This document shows, piece by piece, positions 14,181 through 28,260 of a DNA stretch of 64,000 nt. Under the pieces are notes generated by a model. The model ran no database searches. It saw nothing but the letters and a program-made list of their open reading frames with translations, and was not told the DNA's origin. Origin of the DNA: the human T2T-CHM13v2.0 reference genome, Homo sapiens; the NCBI RefSeq assembly GCF_009914755.1, contig NC_060930.1. One strand, written 5' to 3'. Positions within the stretch are counted from its first letter, which is position 1. The number at the start of each line of letters is the position of its first letter. The translations under genes and the position numbers were made by a program.

Positions 14181-17100
14181 AATTATATTCTAATTCTGTA
14201 AAATCAGTTTAAAATTGATTAGAATAAAGATAAGGCTTAAACACTGAGAACATGATTAGGCCAGTATCATTTAGCTAAAATACTTATTTCTCACCTACAC
14301 CCTCTGCTTTCACCAAACGATACCTTCCTTGCCTCCCATTTACATTCCACTAAGTTGTATAACAGATTTGGCAACCATGAAAATTAATTCCATATTGAAT
14401 TATCATTGAAGCCAGAAGTAAGATTGTTATCCCAAATATTTGCTCTTTGGATGATATAAATTTGGTCCAGTGTTTGTAGCAGCCAAAATAAATTGGGAAA
14501 TACAAAGTGCTACATGATTCTTGGAATCCAGAAGATGAAAACAAAAATCATTATTTTGGAAAAGTGAAACTATTCCTGTTGCACATACCAGAGAACACTT
14601 CCCCCCGCTCCCCTTCATGGGCCATAATAAAGAGCAAAGAATTTATATTAAGTCATTGAACTCTTTCCCCAACAATGTTTCTTTATACATTGAGTTATCT
14701 AGGAATTTTTTTGTAACCCTCTTAAGTGTTTGATGTCATTAAACTGCTATTAAGCTATTATATGCCTAATAAGCACAATCAATAAAAACCAAGCAATGGA
14801 AACCAAAACAATGCAGAGATGGGTTATCTGCAAGTCCTTGAGAACATCCATCACATATTGTTTCATTCAGCAGTCTTTGCCAAGTGTGAAGCACACTTCC
14901 ATTGTTGCTTTCTGATTGAGGGTAGGGAGACGGCATGAATATACTCCAAAGTAGAAAGTTTAGTCTGTATTTAAAGAACATTTAAGGAGATTAGATATTA
15001 GTTTGAATGAATCAAATCAACAAATTACCAAGCTCCTACCAAGTGGGCTGGTCACTTAAGATTGTGAACCACAGGATGTGTTTGTGTAAATGTTTCTTAG
15101 TTGTTTAAATATCCTATCTTAGCTCTAGTGAGGTTGAAGATATGAGGTCTGATTTCTGACTGACCCTAGGTAGCTACATCTGGCTTAGAGAAGGAAGTAC
15201 ACTATGCCTTGCTTTTTTTTTCTGTGTATTCCTTTCACTGCTATCTCTACATTTTCTCTCCCCCATGACCCTCCCCCGTCTTCTCTCTCCTCTCCCTTCC
15301 TGTTCTTCTCCCTTTCATCATTATCCAAATTTGTTTATTCTATCTTATTTTTTTTAAACTGTTCTTTCCTTTGTCCTAACCATGCATGAAATTCAGGTTT
15401 GAATTCATGATTTTCTGGCAATTAATCTCTGTATTTGGTGTTATTTAGGATTATTTTTAAAATATGTGAAAGATGGAGCCAACTCCTTTGGGTAAACTCA
15501 CTGATTACTAGGAGATACAGCATCGTGGATCTGGTTACACTTGCCTGTGAATTTCTGAGTGTACTTTTTTCCTGAGAATCATCCTGTTTGGTAATATGTG
15601 AACATTAGAGTAAGTAGATAACCGAGAAGGACTGATAAGATAATTAACTCTTCAGAAAGATGGAACGTAGCAGCTCTAACGTGTATAAACATAGTCCTCT
15701 GTCTTGACAAAAACTAGGTTAGTCATTCAGTACTTTCTAGGATGGAAGTAATTTTTTACATCACTTTCATCTCTCCCTTATAAATTGCAAAAAGATGGGA
15801 GTGTCATGGTTCATCTAATAGTTTTCCTTTTGCTTATAGAAATTTTAAGGCAAATCGAAGAGGATAAGACAAGCTGATCAAGCCCTTTAAAATCTCCTCT
15901 TTACTTTTTAAATATAATTGAAGATTCCAAAACACAAAGCCTGAGCTTTTCAAAAACAATTGGGTCAGGTGTATGGAGACATTTTTAAGACTAAATTAGA
16001 TGAGAATGCTTATTAATTTTGGACTTATGGTTTGGGGTTTGAGTACGATTTCATTACATGAAGGTAGGGTGAGTTATGGAGAAAAAAGAGAACTAAAATG
16101 TTACGCTTGTAAATTTACTTGAGTGGATTAATATCTGAACAAAAGAATATAGTTGGCATTTTGCTAGGCATCTAAACAAATAATAAACTCCACGTAGGTT
16201 TTCTTTTTTTCTCCCTAAGAGTCATGTGGAGAGGTGTGCAGGAGTGCAGAGCAAGTGGGGAGAACATTTATGGAAAGTAAAAGTTGAAATTGTCATCTAT
16301 ATTCAGTATTGTGAAGTTATAAGAGGATTTATTGTTTGATTGGGAATATTAGAAAAATTACAGTGAATTACTTTTATGTTTTATAAATATTAAGTGAAAT
16401 TGAGGTATTTTGGGGGGAATGATAAAACAATTTAAAAACAAAAAGAGAAAAATAAATTCAACAAATACATTTTGTAGTGTGAAGATTCTTTCCTCAAAAT
16501 GTTATGGATGACTCTATTATAATGGAGGATTGAGGTTAATAATCCTAGAATCCTACAGTTCTTTACTGTAACTGTGTCAAATAAAGATACTTATCTTTAT
16601 TTCTCCCATGTGCCTACTGATTTTTTATGCCTTCTAATTCACTGCAGTCATGGAACTGAGATTACTTTTTAATCTCTATCGTTCCTATTACAATTTAATA
16701 ATGTGTATAGAGCTTTGAAAAATACTTTTTGTAAAACCAAATTTTTAGAAGATGATATTAGAGAGTTAAAATGTAGGGTAATTTAGTAGAATGTCCAAAA
16801 ATAAGGTCCATGGAGGAAAATATAAATTAGAAGATTAAACTTTTCAAATTGATACTCAATTATTAACCTAGTGGATACATGGACAGTAATTATAGTAATT
16901 ATTACATTTTTATTCATCAAACAGCACATTTACTTTATAAATATGTTTCCTGAGAAAACTCAATAATATAATAATGTTCATGAAGAACAATTGATTAGAT
17001 AGCTGTAAAGGATAATACAAATGAAAAAGACAAGAAAAGTATATTACTGCATACAATATGTGAAAAGCTAGTCATGGAATGAGCACATAACACCATTATT

Positions 17101-17741
17101 CTTCTCAAAGCTAGGTGTCCATCTGGCCATGAAAGGCAAGTATATACAAAATCTTTTTGCTAGTTCAAATAAGATAAAGAAAATACAGCTTGGGAAAAAA
17201 TGTTAAGAATTCCTTTCATGTATGATAATTTGCTGAGGACTCAATCATACAGATAAATCATGATTATTTTATGATGCTTTCATTAGTACTATAAGCAACA
17301 CTTATTTATGTATTTATATCTTCTAGATCTCATACTGTCCAACTCTAAAGTAGAGATAACACTACCCTACTTCTCTTCTGACTTGGAATCATGACATTAG
17401 AGTTGTATCTGGATAAGAAGTGACTTTTTGTAGTCAGTTTATTTCTTGATCTGATGCTAATATTCTCTTTATTATGATCTTAGGAAGGCGACTCACAACT
17501 GAATTTTGTCTGCTGGTGGGGAGGTCTGTCCTATCTTTGACTTTATGACTGACATGCGAAGAACTTCTTTATTTTAATCTAACATATAATTTCACATAAT
17601 TCTTTCTCTTACAGAACCTAGTTTCATATCTTAGAAACATGGAGAACATATTTGGCCCCTCTTCCAGACAATAATCCTACAAATATTTGGAAAATATAAA
17701 TTTTCACCAAATTCTCTCATCTAGATTTTTTCCAATTTCTT

Positions 17742-18435
17742 TCTTGTTTTAATTATACTTTAAGTTCTAGGGTACATGTGCACAACATGCAGATTTGTTA
17801 CACGGGTATACATGTGCCATGTTGGTTTGCTGCACCCATCAACTCGTCATTTACATTATGTATTTCTCCTGATGCTATCCCTCCTCCAGCCCCCCACCCC
17901 CCAACAGGCTCCGGTGTGTGATGTTTCCCAACCTGTGTCCAAGTGTTCTCATTGTTCAGTTCCCACCTATGAGTGAGAACATGCGGTGTTTGGTTTTCTG
18001 TCCTTGTGATAATTTGCTTAGAATGATGGTTTCCAGCTTCATCCATGATCAGAGAAATGCAAATCAAAACCATAATGAGATAGCATCTCACACCAGTTAG
18101 AATGGTGATCATTAAAAAGTCAGGAAACAACAGATGCTGGAGAGGATGTGGAGAAATAGGAATGCTTTTACACTGTTGGTGGGAGTGTAAATTAGTTCAA
18201 CCATTGTGGAAGACAGTGTGGTGATTCCTCAAGGATCTAGAATTAGAAATACCATTTGACCCAGCGATCCCATTACTGGGTATATACCCAAAGGATTATA
18301 AATCATGCTACTATAAAGGCATATGCACACGTATGTTTACTGTGGCACTATTCACAATAGCAAAGACTTGGAACCAACCCAAATGTCCAACACTGATAGA
18401 CTGGATTAAGAAAATGTGGCACATATACACCATCG
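17742..18435 (-). mobile_element. 5'-truncated L1PA6-like insertion with 5' inversion (twin priming)
   Basis: L1 3'UTR/ORF2 end on - strand 17750-18047, upstream ORF2 segment on + strand 18048-18433; 18-bp TSD with 1 mismatch at 17724-17741 / 18436-18453. Confidence 0.9.
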
Positions 18436-18479
18436 GATTTTCTCCAATTTCTTAACTGTTTATATTTTAGAATAATCTT

Positions 18480-19610
18480 GTCTATATCTATAAAAAATCT
18501 TGCTAAAACTTTGATAGGAATTCCATAAACCTACCCATCGATTTGAGAAAATGACATCTTTACTATGTTGAGTCTTTCAATCATGAACATGTATCCCTAT
18601 TTAGCTCTTTGATTTCTTTGTCACTGTTTTGCAATTTTCAGCATACAAGTCCTTTAAATGTATTGTTAGATTTATACCTAAGTGTTTCACTTTTGAATGA
18701 TTGTGAATGGCATTGTATTTTTTATTTTAGTGTCCGTGTACTCATTGCCAATATATAAAAATGTAGCTAACTTTTATGTGTCTTCAGCTTTATTGAAGTA
18801 TAATTGACATATATATATATATTTAAGGTGAACAACATGATGTTTTGATATTTGTATACACTATGAGGTGATTATCACAATCAGGCTAATTAACAAGTCC
18901 ATCAACTCACATTTATATTTTGTGTGTTCAGTTAGAATTTATAAGATCTACTCTCTTAGCAATTTTCAAATATACAATATATAATTATTAACTTTAGTTA
19001 CCATGCCATACATTAGATTTCCAGAACTTATTTATTCTGCATAATTGAAATGTTGAACCTTTTGACCAGCATCTCCCCATTTTTCCCAGCCCACAGCCTT
19101 TAGCAACCACCATGAATTTTCTGTGTTATCAGGTCATCTGCAAATAGTAAGAGTTTTACTTCTTTCTGATCTGTATGCCTTTTATTTCCTCTTCTTGCTT
19201 TATTGCCCTAACTAGAATTTCCAGCCCTACATTGAATGAGAGTGGTGAGAATGAACATACTTGCCTTATTCCTAATCTTAGTGGGTCACCATTCACTCCC
19301 CCTCAATTAAAAATAATGTTAGCAGCAGGTTTTTCATAGATCATTTTATTGATTGATGAAGTTCCCCTGTATTCCTATTTTTCTGGGAGTTTTTGTGAAT
19401 GGGTGTCGAATTTTGTCATTTGTTTTTTCTGATCAATAAATATAATAATGCAATTTTTCTTTTTAGCCAGCTCCATAAAGAATTATAATACATTTTTCAA
19501 TATTGAACCTTCAAAAAACTCCTTGGTGTATAATATTTTTATAAATTGTCATATTCTATTTTTAAAAATATTCTACGAAGGATTTTTGTGTCCATGTTAA
19601 TCAAAATTCT
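18480..19610 (-). mobile_element. Old L1M ORF2 relic (interrupted by L1MA)
   Basis: 'TTGATAGGAATTCCATAAACCTA..GACATCTTTACTATGTTGAGTCTTTCAATCATGAACAT' is antisense L1 ORF2. Confidence 0.75.
18785..19112 (-). mobile_element. L1MA8/9-like 3' end fragment nested in older L1M
   Basis: 'CAGCTTTATTGAAGTATAATTGAC..AAGATCTACTCTCTTAGCAATTTTCAA..CTTTTGACCAGCATCTCCCCATTT'. Confidence 0.75.
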
Positions 19611-20259
19611 GTTTGAAGGGAAACATTATATTCTATTTTAGGAGTATATTTTGGAATACAAAGTATTTTAGTTCTTTATTCTTCTTATATCAATGTTAAA
19701 GCAAGTGTGGTAAAATAAGTATGGATTTATAGGAAAGCTATCCATTAGTAGGTAAATATTAGTTATGAATATATGAATGAAAACAATTTTCCCAAATTAC
19801 TTGATAGGTAGAAAAACCTCAATTGTATGTATATGGCATGCTTATGTGTGTATGCTATTTTTGTTTAATTTTATTATTTATAACATATAGTGCTTATAAT
19901 ACACAGAGTACTATTTGTAAATATTAATTTATTTAATTAGACTTATAGTCCATAAGGTAGTAGTATTATCCCTGCATTGTATGTTACTAAGCAAATCAGT
20001 AAATAGAGAAGAAAAAAATTGAACACTAACTGTCAACTCATCTTTTTTCTTTGCGGCCAGAAACATATTTACATATTTATGCTAATAGATAACCAAAATG
20101 TTGTCCTTTATTGGTTACAAGTAAGGTTTTATTATTTTCAAAAACATCATGTTGTTAATGTTATAGCCAAGAAAAAATTTCAAATAAACTTGGATTTTCT
20201 GACAATAAAAGAGCTATATGAAGAAAGGCATGCTTAGTTCATTAAATAAATATTTATTG

Positions 20260-20374
20260 CCCCTTCTGTCATGTGAAGACACTGAGGAAAAGCTGTCTAC
20301 AAACACAGAAGTGGACCTTCACCAGATACTGAATCTCCCAGTGCTTTGATCTTCAACTTCAAGGGCTGCAGAAC
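20260..20374 (+). mobile_element. MaLR LTR fragment (MLT1A/MST-like)
   Basis: 'CCCTTCTGTCATGTGAAGACACTG..CACCAGATACTGAATCT..TTGATCTTCAACTTC..GCAGAACT'. Confidence 0.65.
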
Positions 20375-20515
20375 TGGTCTCACTTTGTCCCCTAGGCGGG
20401 ATTGCAGTGGTGTGATCATAGTTTACTACAGCCTCAAACTTCTGGGATCAAGTAATCCTCCTGCCGTGGCCTCCCAAAGTGCTGGGATTGCAAGCATGAG
20501 CCACTACACCTGGCC
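20375..20515 (-). mobile_element. Alu monomer (left-arm 5' / right-arm 3'; FRAM/AluJ-like), no tail
   Basis: Reverse complement reads GGCCAGGTGTAGTGGCTCATGC..CACTTTGGGAGG..GAGGCTGTAGT..CACCACTGC..GTGAGACC. Confidence 0.8.
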
Positions 20516-21350
20516 AAGGATGATCAATTCATTATTCTGCCCCATGTATTACAAAGATGGTGTGGTATGTGAAAAAAAATAAACTCAACATGGAGAGAAG
20601 GATCAGAACTTGATAGAACATGAAATAGGCTGAATGCCTTGTTAAAAGGTGCCAGAGAAATTGTATCTCACCAAAATTTGTGAAGACCTCATCCATGATC
20701 TGAAACTGTCTCAGAGTCACTCAAAACATCAATACCAACATCTCCAGATAAGAAGGAATCAGCACAAGAATTCTATCATCATGAAAAATTTGAATGTAGT
20801 GACACCTCCTGCACTAGTTCTCCAATGATTCCTAACCAAAATGAAAACTCAAAAATGACAGATAAAGAATTCAAAGCATGAATTGCTAGGAAGCTTAATG
20901 AGATCCAAGAAAAGGTTCGAAAGCAACACAAAGAAACTTCTAAAGTACTTCAGAAAATGAAGAGATAAACATCTTTAAATCAATCAGAACTTCTGGACTT
21001 GAAAAACTCACTTAAGGAATTTCAACATATGATCAAAAACCTTATCAATAGAGGAAGCAGAAGAAAGAATTTCAGAGCTTGAAGACAAGTCTTTTGAACT
21101 AACCCAGTCAGACAAAAATTTAAAAATATATAATTTAGAAAAATGAAGAAAGTATTTGAGCAATACAGGATTGTGTAAGGTGACCAAACCTATGAATTAT
21201 TACCATTCCTGAAAGATAAGGAGAAAGTTAACAACCTGGAAAATATATTTGAGGGACTAATTCAAGTAAACTTTCCTAATCTTGTTAGAGGAGTAGATAT
21301 CCAGATACAAAAAAATCTAGAGAACACCTGTGAGATATTGTACAAAATGA

Positions 21351-21829
<479 letters not shown>

Positions 21830-24734
21830 AAGAAAAGAAATTCCAACCAAGAATTTTATATCCTGCCAATGTAAGCCTCATAAATGAAGGAGAAATAAAA
21901 TCTTTACCAGACAATAAAGCACAAAGGGAATTAATTAACACTAGATTAGCCTTACAAGAGATCTTTAGGGGAGTTGTAAGCATGGAAACAAAAGGACAAT
22001 ACCTGCTACCACAAACACACACTTAAGTATGTAGCCTGAAGATGCTATAAAACAATCACGTAACAAAAATTACAAAGTAACCAGTTAACAACTTCAAGAT
22101 AGGATAAAACCTCATACATCAATGTTAACCTTGAATATAAATGGTCTAAACACCCCCATTTAAAAGGCATAGAGTGGCAGGATGTATAAAAAAATAAGAC
22201 CCATCCATCTGCTCTCTTTAGGAGACCCATCTCACATGTATTGACACACACAGGTTCAAAGTAAAGTGCTTGGAGAAAGATCTACCACGCAAACGGAATA
22301 CAAAGAAGAGCAGAGGTCACTATTCTTCTATCACATAAAATAGACTTTAAGCCAAAAACAATAAAAAAGCACAAACAAGGACTTTTTACATAATTATAAA
22401 AGGTTCAATCTGACAAGAAGACAACTATCCTAAATATATATGCTCCTAACATTGGAGGATCCAATTCATAAAACAAGTACTTGTAGATATACAAAGAGAC
22501 TTAGCCCCACAATGATAGTGGGGGACTTCAACAGACCACTGACAGCATTAGACACATCATTGAGATAGAAAACTTACAAAAAAATTCCGTACTTACACTT
22601 CACATTTGAAGAATTGGACCTAATAGACATCTACAGAATACACCCATCACCTGCAGTACATACATTGATCTTATCTGCACATGGAACATACTCCAAGATT
22701 GACCACATGCTTTGTCATAAAGCAAGTTTTAATACATTCTAAAACATAGAAATCATGCCAACCTTAGTCTTTGGTGACAATGGAGTAAAAATAGAAATCA
22801 ATACCAAGAAGATCTCTCAAAACCACACAACTATATGGAAATTAACTTGCTGCTGAATAACTTTAGGTTAAACAATGAAATTCATCCAGAAATTTTAAAA
22901 AAAAAACTTTGAAATAAAAGAAAATAGAGAAACAACACACCAAAATATTTTGGATACAGCAAAAGCAGTGTTAAGAGGAAATTTTATAGTGCTAAACACC
23001 TACCTCTAAAAGGTAGAAATATCTCAAATTAATGATCTAACATTAAACCAGCAGAACTAGTAAAACATGAACAAACTAACCCCAAAGCTGGCAGAAGAAA
23101 AGAAATAACTGAAATCAGAGTGAAACTGAACAAAATTGAGACCCCAAAACCCATACAAAAAATCAATGAAACCAAAAGTTGTTTTTTTAAAGGATAAACA
23201 AAAATCAATAGATTGCTAGCTAGATCAACCAGGAAAAAGAGAAGACCCAAATAAACACAGTTAGAAACAACAAAGATGACATTACTGATTCTGCAGATAT
23301 ACAAAAGTTCCTCAGAAACTATTATGCACATAAACTAGGAAATCTAGAGGAAATGGATTAATTTCTGGAAACACACAGTCTCCCAAGATTGAATCAGGAA
23401 GAAACTGAAACACTGAACAGACCAGTATCAAGTTCTGAAATTGAATCAATAATAAAAAAAAAACTACCAACAAAAAAAACAAAGCTCTGGATCAGATAGA
23501 TTTTACCAGATGTACAAAGAAGAGCTGGCATTAATTCTACAAAACTATTTCAAAAAATTGAGGAGGAAGGACTTTTCCCTAACTCATTCTACAAAGTCAA
23601 CATCACCCTGATATCAAAGTCAAAGACACAACAAAAGGAAAACTACAGATCAATATCCTGGATGAACATAGACACAAAAGCCCTCAAGAAAATACTAGCA
23701 AACTGAATACAACAACACATCAAAAAGTTAATTCACCGAGATTAAGTAGGCTGCATTCCTGAGATACAAGGTTTGTCCAACAAATACAAATAAAAAATGA
23801 TTCACCACATAAACAGGACTGGAAACAACAACAACAAAAATCATCACAATAGATGAAAAAAAAAGCTCTTAATCAAATCTAACATCCCTTCATGATAAAA
23901 ACCCTCAAGAAATTAGGCATTGAAGGAACATACCTTAAAATAATAAGAGCCGTCTATGTCAAACCCACAATCAACATCATACTGAATGGGCAAAAACTAG
24001 AAGCATTCCCCTTGAGAACTGGAAGAAGACAAGTATGCCAACTTCTGCCAGTCCTATTCAACGGAGTAATAGAAGTGCTTGCCAAAGCAATCGGTTAGAA
24101 TAAAGAAATAAAACGTTTCCAAATAGGAGAAGAAGGCACACTGTCTAATTTGATACCTAGAAAACCCTAAACAGTCCACCAAAAGGCTCCTAGAACTGAT
24201 AAACAACGCCAGTGAAGTTTCAGAATACAAAATCAATGCACAAAAATCAGTAGCATTTCTGCATACAAATAACATTCAAGCTGAGAGCCAGATCAACAAT
24301 GTAATCTCATTTATAATAGCTGCAAAAAAGTAAAATACATAGGAATACATCTAATTAAGGAGGTGACAGATCACTAAAAGGAGAACTACAAAACACTGCT
24401 GAAGGAAATCATAGATGACAGAAACAAGTGGAAAAACATTCCATGCTGATGGATTTGGAATAATCAATATTGTTAAAATGGCAATACTGCCCTAAGCAAT
24501 CTACAGATTCAGTGCTATTTCTATCAAACTACCAATGTCATTTTCATAGAGTTGGAAAAAATTATTCTGAAATTCATATGGAACCAAAAGAGAGCCTGAA
24601 TAGCCAAAGCAATCCTCAGCAAAAAGAGCAAAGCTGGATGCATCACATTATTTGACTTCAAACTATATTGTAAGGCTAAAGTAACTAAAAGAGCATGACA
24701 CAGGTATAAAAGCAGACACATAGAGCAATAGAAG

Positions 24735-24768
24735 AGAACAGAACAGAACAGAACAGAACAGAATAGAA
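24735..24768 (+). repeat. (GAACA)n pentanucleotide expansion within L1 ORF2
   Basis: AGAACAGAACAGAACAGAACAGAACAGAATAGAAT. Confidence 0.85.
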
Positions 24769-24989
24769 TAACCCATAAATAAAGCTACACACCTCCAACC
24801 ACCTGATCTTTTACAAAAACAAGCAATGAGGAAAGGAGTCCTTATTCAATAAATGGTGCTTGAATAGCTGGCTAGCCATGTGCAAAAGAATGAAACTATA
24901 TGCATATCTTTCACCATGTACCAAAATTAACTCAAGATGGATTAAAGATTTAAATGTATGACATATAACTATAAGAATCCTAGAAGAAA

Positions 24990-25328
<339 letters not shown>

Positions 25329-25633
25329 CTAGAAGAAAGCCTAGGAAACACCATTCTGGGCATTGGCCTTGGGAAATAATTTATGGCTAAGGACTCAAAA
25401 GCAATTGCAACGAAAACAACAACTGACAAGTGTGACCTAATTAAACGAAAGAGCTTCTGCACAGCAAAAGAAACTGTCAATAGAATAAACAGAAAACCTA
25501 CAGAATGGGAGAAAAAATTTGCAAACTATGCATCTGTCAAAGGTCTAATACCCAGAATCTAGAAGTAACTTAAACAAATGAACAAGCAAAAATTAAACAA
25601 TCCCATTAAGAAATGGGCAAAAGACATGAACAG

Positions 25634-25718
25634 TATACATATGTAACAAACCTGCATGTTGTGCACATGTACCCTAAAACTTAAAGTATAATAAAAAATA
25701 AAATTAAAAAAAAAAAAA
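25634..25718 (+). mobile_element. Extreme 3' end (~85 bp with tail) of a young L1PA (PA3-PA5-like)
   Basis: 'TATACATATGTAACAAACCTGCATGTTGTGCACATGTACCCTAAAACTTAAAGTATAATAAAAAA'. Confidence 0.9.
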
Positions 25719-25746
25719 CTTCACTTTGGACATCGCCCAATTGCTG

Positions 25747-25890
25747 ATTCAGCAAATATTTAGAGTACCTACTATAGCACAGGTACTGTTCTAGGTACTC
25801 ATAATACTGCAAGAAAAAAAAAAAAATTCCTGTTCTCATGGAGCTTACAGTCTAATGGGAAAGACAAACAATAAGCAATAAACATAATAA
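25747..25890 (-). mobile_element. L2 3'-end fragment embedded in L1PA16 (probably transduced)
   Basis: 'ATTCAGCAAATATTTAGAGTACCTACTATAGCACAGGTACTGTTCTAGG..CCTGTTCTCATGGAGCTTACAGTCTAATGGGA' matches the L2 3' terminus antisense. Confidence 0.8.
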
Positions 25891-26735
25891 ATTATGAAAA
25901 AAGACATGCAAGCAGTGAACAAGTATATGAAAAAATGCTTCACATCACTAATAGAGAAATGCAAATCAAAACTACAATGAGATGCCTTCTCACACCTGTC
26001 AGATGACTATTATTAAACAGTCAAAAAAGAACAGATGCTGGCAAATTTGCAGAGAAAGGGAATGCTTATACACTATTAGTGGAAATGTAAATTATTTAAT
26101 AGTTCAGCCATTGTGGAAAGCAGTCTGAAGATTTCTCAAAGAACTTGAAAAAGAACTACTATTCGACCCAGCAATCCCACCACTGAGTATATACCCAAAG
26201 TTATATAAATCATTCTACCAAAAGACATGCACATCTGTATGTTTATTGCAGCACTGTTCACAATAACAGAGACATGGGATCAACCTAAATGCCCAGCAAC
26301 AGTGGATTGGATAAAGAAAATGTGGTACATATATATCATAGAATACTATAGAGCCATAAAGAAAATGAAATTATGTCTTTTGCAGGAATGTGGATGTATC
26401 TGAAGGCCATTATACTAAGCGAATTAATGCAGGAACAGAAAACCAAATACCACATGTTGTCACTCATAAATGGGTACTCAGGGACATAAAGATGTCAACA
26501 TTGGGTACACAGGGACATAAAGATGGCAACAATAGAAACTGGGGACTATTAAAAGCGGAGGTGGAGAAGGGATAAAGGACTGAAAAACTAACTTTTGAGC
26601 ACTATGCTCAGTACCTGGGTGAGAGGATCATTCGTACCTCAAGCCTCAGCATTATGCAATATACCCAGGTTACAAACCTGCACATTTACCCCCTGAATCA
26701 AAAATAAAAGTTGAAAATAAGTAAATAAAACAAAT

Positions 26736-27825
26736 ATTTATTTATTTATTTTGTTATACTTTAAGTTTTAGGGTACCTGTGCACATTGTGCAGGTTAGTT
26801 ACATATGTATACATGTGCCATGCTGGTGTGCTGCACCCACTAACTCGTCGTCTAGCATTAGTTATATCTCCCGATGCTATCCTTCCCCCCTCCCCCCACC
26901 CCACAACAGTCCCCAGAGTGTGATATTCCCCTTCCTGTGTCCATGTGATCTCATTGTTCAATTCCCACCTATGAGTGAGAATATGCGGTGTTTGGTTTTT
27001 GTTCTTGTGATAGTTTACTGAGAATGATGATTTCCAATTTCATCCATGACCCTACAAAGGACATGAACTCATCATTTTTTATGGCTGCATAGTATTCCAT
27101 GGTGTATATGTGCCACATTTTCTTAATCCAGTCTATCACTGTTGGACATTTGGGTTGGTTCCAAGTCTTTGCTATTGTGAATAATGCCGCAATAAACATA
27201 CGTGTGCATGTGTCTTTATAGCAGCATGATTTATAGTCCTTTGGGTATATACCTAGTAATGGGATGGCTGGGTCAAATGGTATTTCCAGTTCTAGATCCC
27301 TGAGGAATCGCCACACTAACTTCCACAATGGTTGAACTAGTTTACAGTCCCACCAACAGTGTAAAAGTGTTCCTATTTCTCCACATCCTCTCCAGCACCT
27401 GTTGTTTCCTGACTCTTTAATGATTGCCATTCTAACTGGTGTGAGATGGTATCTCATTGTGGTTTTGATTTGCATTTCTCTGATGGCCAGTGATGATGAG
27501 CATTTTTTCATGTGTTTTTTGGCTACATAGATGTCTTCTTTTGAGAAGTGTCTGTTCATGTCCTTCGCCCACTTTTTGATGGGGTTGTTTGTTTTTATCT
27601 TGTAAATTTGTTTGAGTTCATTGTAGATTCTGAATATTAGCCCTTTGTCACATGAGTAGGTTGCGAAAATTTTCTCCCATTTTGTAGGTTGCCTGTTCAC
27701 TCTGATGGTAGTTTCTTTTGCTGTGCAGAAGCTCTTTAGTTTAATTAGATCCCATTTGTCAATTTTGTCTTCTGTTGCCATTGCTTTTGGTGTTTTAGAC
27801 ATGAAGTCCTTGCCCATGCGTATGT
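26736..27825 (-). mobile_element. 5'-truncated L1PA2-like LINE-1 (~1.1 kb)
   Basis: Close to the young L1 ORF2 C-terminus (ORF 26969-27817 [15 protein letters not shown]..., frameshifted near the end) and 3'UTR with the 'GAG' diagnostic (GACGAGTTAGTGGG), not Ta 'ACA'. Confidence 0.93.
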
Positions 27826-28054
27826 TCTTTATTTCAATTAAGGCTTTCTGTTGTCACTCAAAAAAAGAAGTTTGGATAATAAAAGTAAGTGATATGAGAT
27901 GAATAATAGTTGACATAGGCTTTGGAGTCATACATTAAAAGCAGTTGAAAATTAATATTTTAAGAGAGAAACAGTGGAATTGGTATTAGATTTTTGATGT
28001 CCGTCATGCAAAACAAGGTGTAAACTCTTATATGTGGCTTTAGAACAAAGAATC

Positions 28055-28260
28055 CTTTGTTCAGTTATTCAATAACATTATTAAACAGCTATTGCATGTC
28101 AGAAATCTTATGTGGTTTGTGAACAAAATTGAAGCTATCATTTGGTTCTTGCCTTCAAAATGCTCCAAATCTACTGCATAAGAAATACATGCAAAAAGAA
28201 GATGCAAGATGCAATGTGGTAAATCCCATAATAGAAAAATGCAAATCGTGATATATTTTG
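28055..28260 (-). mobile_element. L2 3' fragment
   Basis: 'TTATTCAATAACATTATTAAACAGCTATTGCATGTCAG..GGTTCTTGCCTTCAAAATGCTC'. Confidence 0.5.

Noticed and set aside
26969-27817. 282-aa ORF, the longest in the window
   Set aside because: C-terminal fragment of L1 ORF2p in a 5'-truncated L1PA2-like copy, frameshifted near the end, with no promoter; not a gene
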